Assembly: GCA_023957995.1 (NCBI GenBank)
Contig: JAMLGK010000012.1
Location: 16,058-80,057, forward strand
Direction: 5' to 3'
DNA: 64,000 bases
Source: Microthrixaceae bacterium
Lineage (GTDB): Bacteria > Actinomycetota > Acidimicrobiia > Acidimicrobiales > Microtrichaceae
This document shows positions 61,981-64,000 of this stretch, one piece after another. A model generated the notes under the pieces. That model did not search any database. It saw only the letters and a program-made list of their open reading frames with translations, and was not told the DNA's origin. A program made the position numbers and the translations under genes. The stretch's first letter is position 1; each line of letters begins with the position of its first letter.

Positions 61981-63330
61981 ATGTCAGATCCATCGCCTGA
62001 GTCGGACGCTCCCGTGGAGCGCTCCGATCCCGAACTGTTCGACAAGATCGTCAACCTCACCAAGCGCCGCGGGTTCGTTTATCCGTCCGCAGAGATCTAC
62101 GGCGGGTTCCGGTCCACCTACGACTACGGACCCCTCGGGGTGCTGCTGCTGCGCAACGTGAAGGATGCGTGGTGGCGTTCGATGGTCCAGGAGCGAGGCG
62201 ATGTGGTGGGGCTCGACGCCTCGATACTCTCGCCGCCCGCAGTCTGGGAGGCCTCGGGCCATCTGTCCAACTTCACCGACCCTCTGGTGGACTGCACCAA
62301 CTGCAAGAACCGGTTCCGCCTCGACAAGCTGGAGGACCCCGAACAGTGCCCGAGCTGCGGCCAACGGGGCACCTTCACCGAACCGCGCCAGTTCAACCTG
62401 ATGTTCGAGACCCAGGCAGGTCCGGTCAAGGATGCATCCGCGACTGCCTACCTGAGGCCCGAGACCGCCCAGGGCATGTTCATCAACTTCAAGAACGTGA
62501 TCGACACGACCAGGGTGCGTCCACCGTTCGGGATAGCCCAGATCGGCAAGTCGTTCCGCAACGAGATCACCCCTGGGCAGTTCGTGTTCCGCACCCGCGA
62601 GTTCGAGCAGATGGAGATGGAGTACTTCTGCCATCCCGACGACGCGCAGAAGTACTACGAGTACTGGTGCGAGCACCGCTACCGCTGGTACATCGACCAC
62701 GGGATGCCCGAGGACCGACTGCGGCTCAGGCCCCACGACGACGACGAGCTCTCGCACTACAGCTCGGGCACCTCCGACGTGGAGTACCTGTTCCCCTGGG
62801 GCTGGGACGAACTCGAGGGCATCGCCAACCGCGGTGACTTCGACCTCCGCCAGCACGCGGAGCACTCCGGGGAGAAGTTGGAGTGGTACGACCAGGCGGC
62901 CAACGAGCGCTGGACACCCCACGTGATCGAACCGGCCGCTGGTGCCACCCGCACCGCGATGGCCTTCCTGATGGCCGCCTACGACGAGGAGGAGGTGCGT
63001 GGCGAGACCCGTGTGGTGCTGCGTTTCCACCCCACGATCGCGCCCTACAAGGTCGCCGTGCTGCCGTTGTCGAAGAAGCCCGAGTTGTCCGGACCGGCCA
63101 ACGAACTGGCTTCGGAGCTCAGAAAGCGCTTCATGTGCGACTACGACGAGACCCAGTCCATCGGCCGTCGCTACCGGCGTCAGGACGAACTCGGCACCCC
63201 GTTCTGTGTCACCTACGACTTCGACAGCCTCGAGGATTCGGCGGTCACCGTCCGCGATCGCGATTCGATGGAACAGCAGCGGATTCCTCTCGAAGGTGTC
63301 GCCGCGTACCTGGCGGAGAGGCTCCACTGA
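61981..63330 (+). CDS. glyQS: Glycyl-tRNA synthetase (alpha2 dimeric type)
   Basis: The opening FDKIVNLTKRRGFVYPSAEIYGG and class II motifs (FRNEITPG..., ...GIDR-type region) match dimeric GlyRS. 449 aa. Confidence 0.95.
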   Translation: MSDPSPESDAPVERSDPELFDKIVNLTKRRGFVYPSAEIYGGFRSTYDYGPLGVLLLRNVKDAWWRSMVQERGDVVGLDASILSPPAVWEASGHLSNFTDPLVDCTNCKNRFRLDKLEDPEQCPSCGQRGTFTEPRQFNLMFETQAGPVKDASATAYLRPETAQGMFINFKNVIDTTRVRPPFGIAQIGKSFRNEITPGQFVFRTREFEQMEMEYFCHPDDAQKYYEYWCEHRYRWYIDHGMPEDRLRLRPHDDDELSHYSSGTSDVEYLFPWGWDELEGIANRGDFDLRQHAEHSGEKLEWYDQAANERWTPHVIEPAAGATRTAMAFLMAAYDEEEVRGETRVVLRFHPTIAPYKVAVLPLSKKPELSGPANELASELRKRFMCDYDETQSIGRRYRRQDELGTPFCVTYDFDSLEDSAVTVRDRDSMEQQRIPLEGVAAYLAERLH

Positions 63331-63384
63331 GAGCTCCGAGATGTGAGCAACTGAAGGACTGCAGCCGATGACGGGCCTGGCACC

Positions 63385-64000
63385 ATGGGGATAGTCGACG
63401 AGGACATCGGCCGGGTACGTGAGGCGACCGACATGGTGGCCCTGGTCACCCAGTACACACAGCTGCGCAAGGTGGGTCAGCGCTGGTCCGGACTTTGTCC
63501 GTTCCACGCGGAGAAGTCCCCCTCGTTCTCGGTGAACCCCACCGAGGGCCTCTATCACTGCTTCGGTTGCAAGGCCTCGGGCGATGCGATCACGTTCGTC
63601 CGCGAGATCGAGCACCTCGACTTCGTGGACGCGGTCGAGCACCTCGCGTCCAAGGCCAACATCGCCCTGCGCTACACCGAGGCCGGTGGCGGTGAGGACC
63701 GCAAGAGGCGTGCCCACCTGCACGACGTGATGGAGCGGGCGGTCGACTGGTACCACGACCGGCTCAAGACCTCACCCGGAGCGGCCCACGCCCGTTCGTA
63801 TCTCCGCTCGAGGGGGTTCGACGCCGAGGAGGTCGCACGGTTCCGTGTCGGCTGGGCACCCGACTCCTGGGACGAGATGACCAAGGCGCTGCGGCTCTCG
63901 AGGGCCGACCTGGAAGCGACCGGGCTGGGCATGTTGAACCGGCGCAACCGGTTGCAGGACTTCTTCAGGGCGCGGGTGCTGTTCCCGATCTTCGATGAGC
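63385..64000 (+). CDS. dnaG: DNA primase, N-terminal 205 codons (gene runs off the right edge)
   Basis: My translation from the ATG at 63385 gives MGIVDEDIGRVREATDMVALVTQYTQLRKVGQRWSGLCPFHAEKSPSFSVNPTEGLYHCFGCKASGDAITFV..., the DnaG CHC2 zinc finger. It is not in the ORF track because no stop lies inside the window. Confidence 0.9.
   Translation, partial: MGIVDEDIGRVREATDMVALVTQYTQLRKVGQRWSGLCPFHAEKSPSFSVNPTEGLYHCFGCKASGDAITFVREIEHLDFVDAVEHLASKANIALRYTEAGGGEDRKRRAHLHDVMERAVDWYHDRLKTSPGAAHARSYLRSRGFDAEEVARFRVGWAPDSWDEMTKALRLSRADLEATGLGMLNRRNRLQDFFRARVLFPIFDE

Overview
High-GC, densely coding chromosomal segment of Actinomycetota type. I call about 60 protein genes and one tRNA-Ala. I saw no rRNA, CRISPR array, integrase or transposase. 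The backbone is the conserved actinobacterial housekeeping block: proA ... nadD-(LytR_C)-rsfS ... leuS ... comEA-comEC-holA-rpsT-lepA-hrcA-dnaJ-rsmE ... phoH-ybeY-corC-era-uppS-recO ... glyQS-dnaG. Four accessory modules interrupt it. (1) At the left edge, one minus-strand chain encodes a TerB-like/CbbX-type AAA+ ATPase, a secreted binding-protein-like protein, a binding-protein/vWA lipoprotein, a 2-TM coiled-coil protein, MurJ and PspA. (2) A roughly 15 kb block between proA and nadD carries an arylsulfatase, an orphan MoxR(CoxD)/CoxE-VWA pair with a palindromic operator, lipoproteins, a PaaX-like regulator, cysH-sirA, a class II DAHP synthase and a sigma factor. (3) A DUF222/HNH gene lies beside tRNA-Ala. 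(4) An 11-gene, translationally coupled, secretin-less Tad/Flp pilus operon (46412-55197) ends in a membrane pseudokinase and a LysM membrane protein and is flanked by two HTH regulators. Module 4 is my best candidate for an undescribed system, and the TerB-AAA/vWA/PspA envelope cluster is second. A window-wide oddity is a set of unrelated short tandem duplications (14-21 bp, 2-6 copies), mostly at gene boundaries and inside comEA. One of them triplicates the start codon of a HAD hydrolase gene. All functional calls come from motif reading of the translations; no database search was possible. Many track ORF starts are over-extended, and I re-set them where an RBS, a 4-bp start/stop overlap or a conserved N-terminus supported it.
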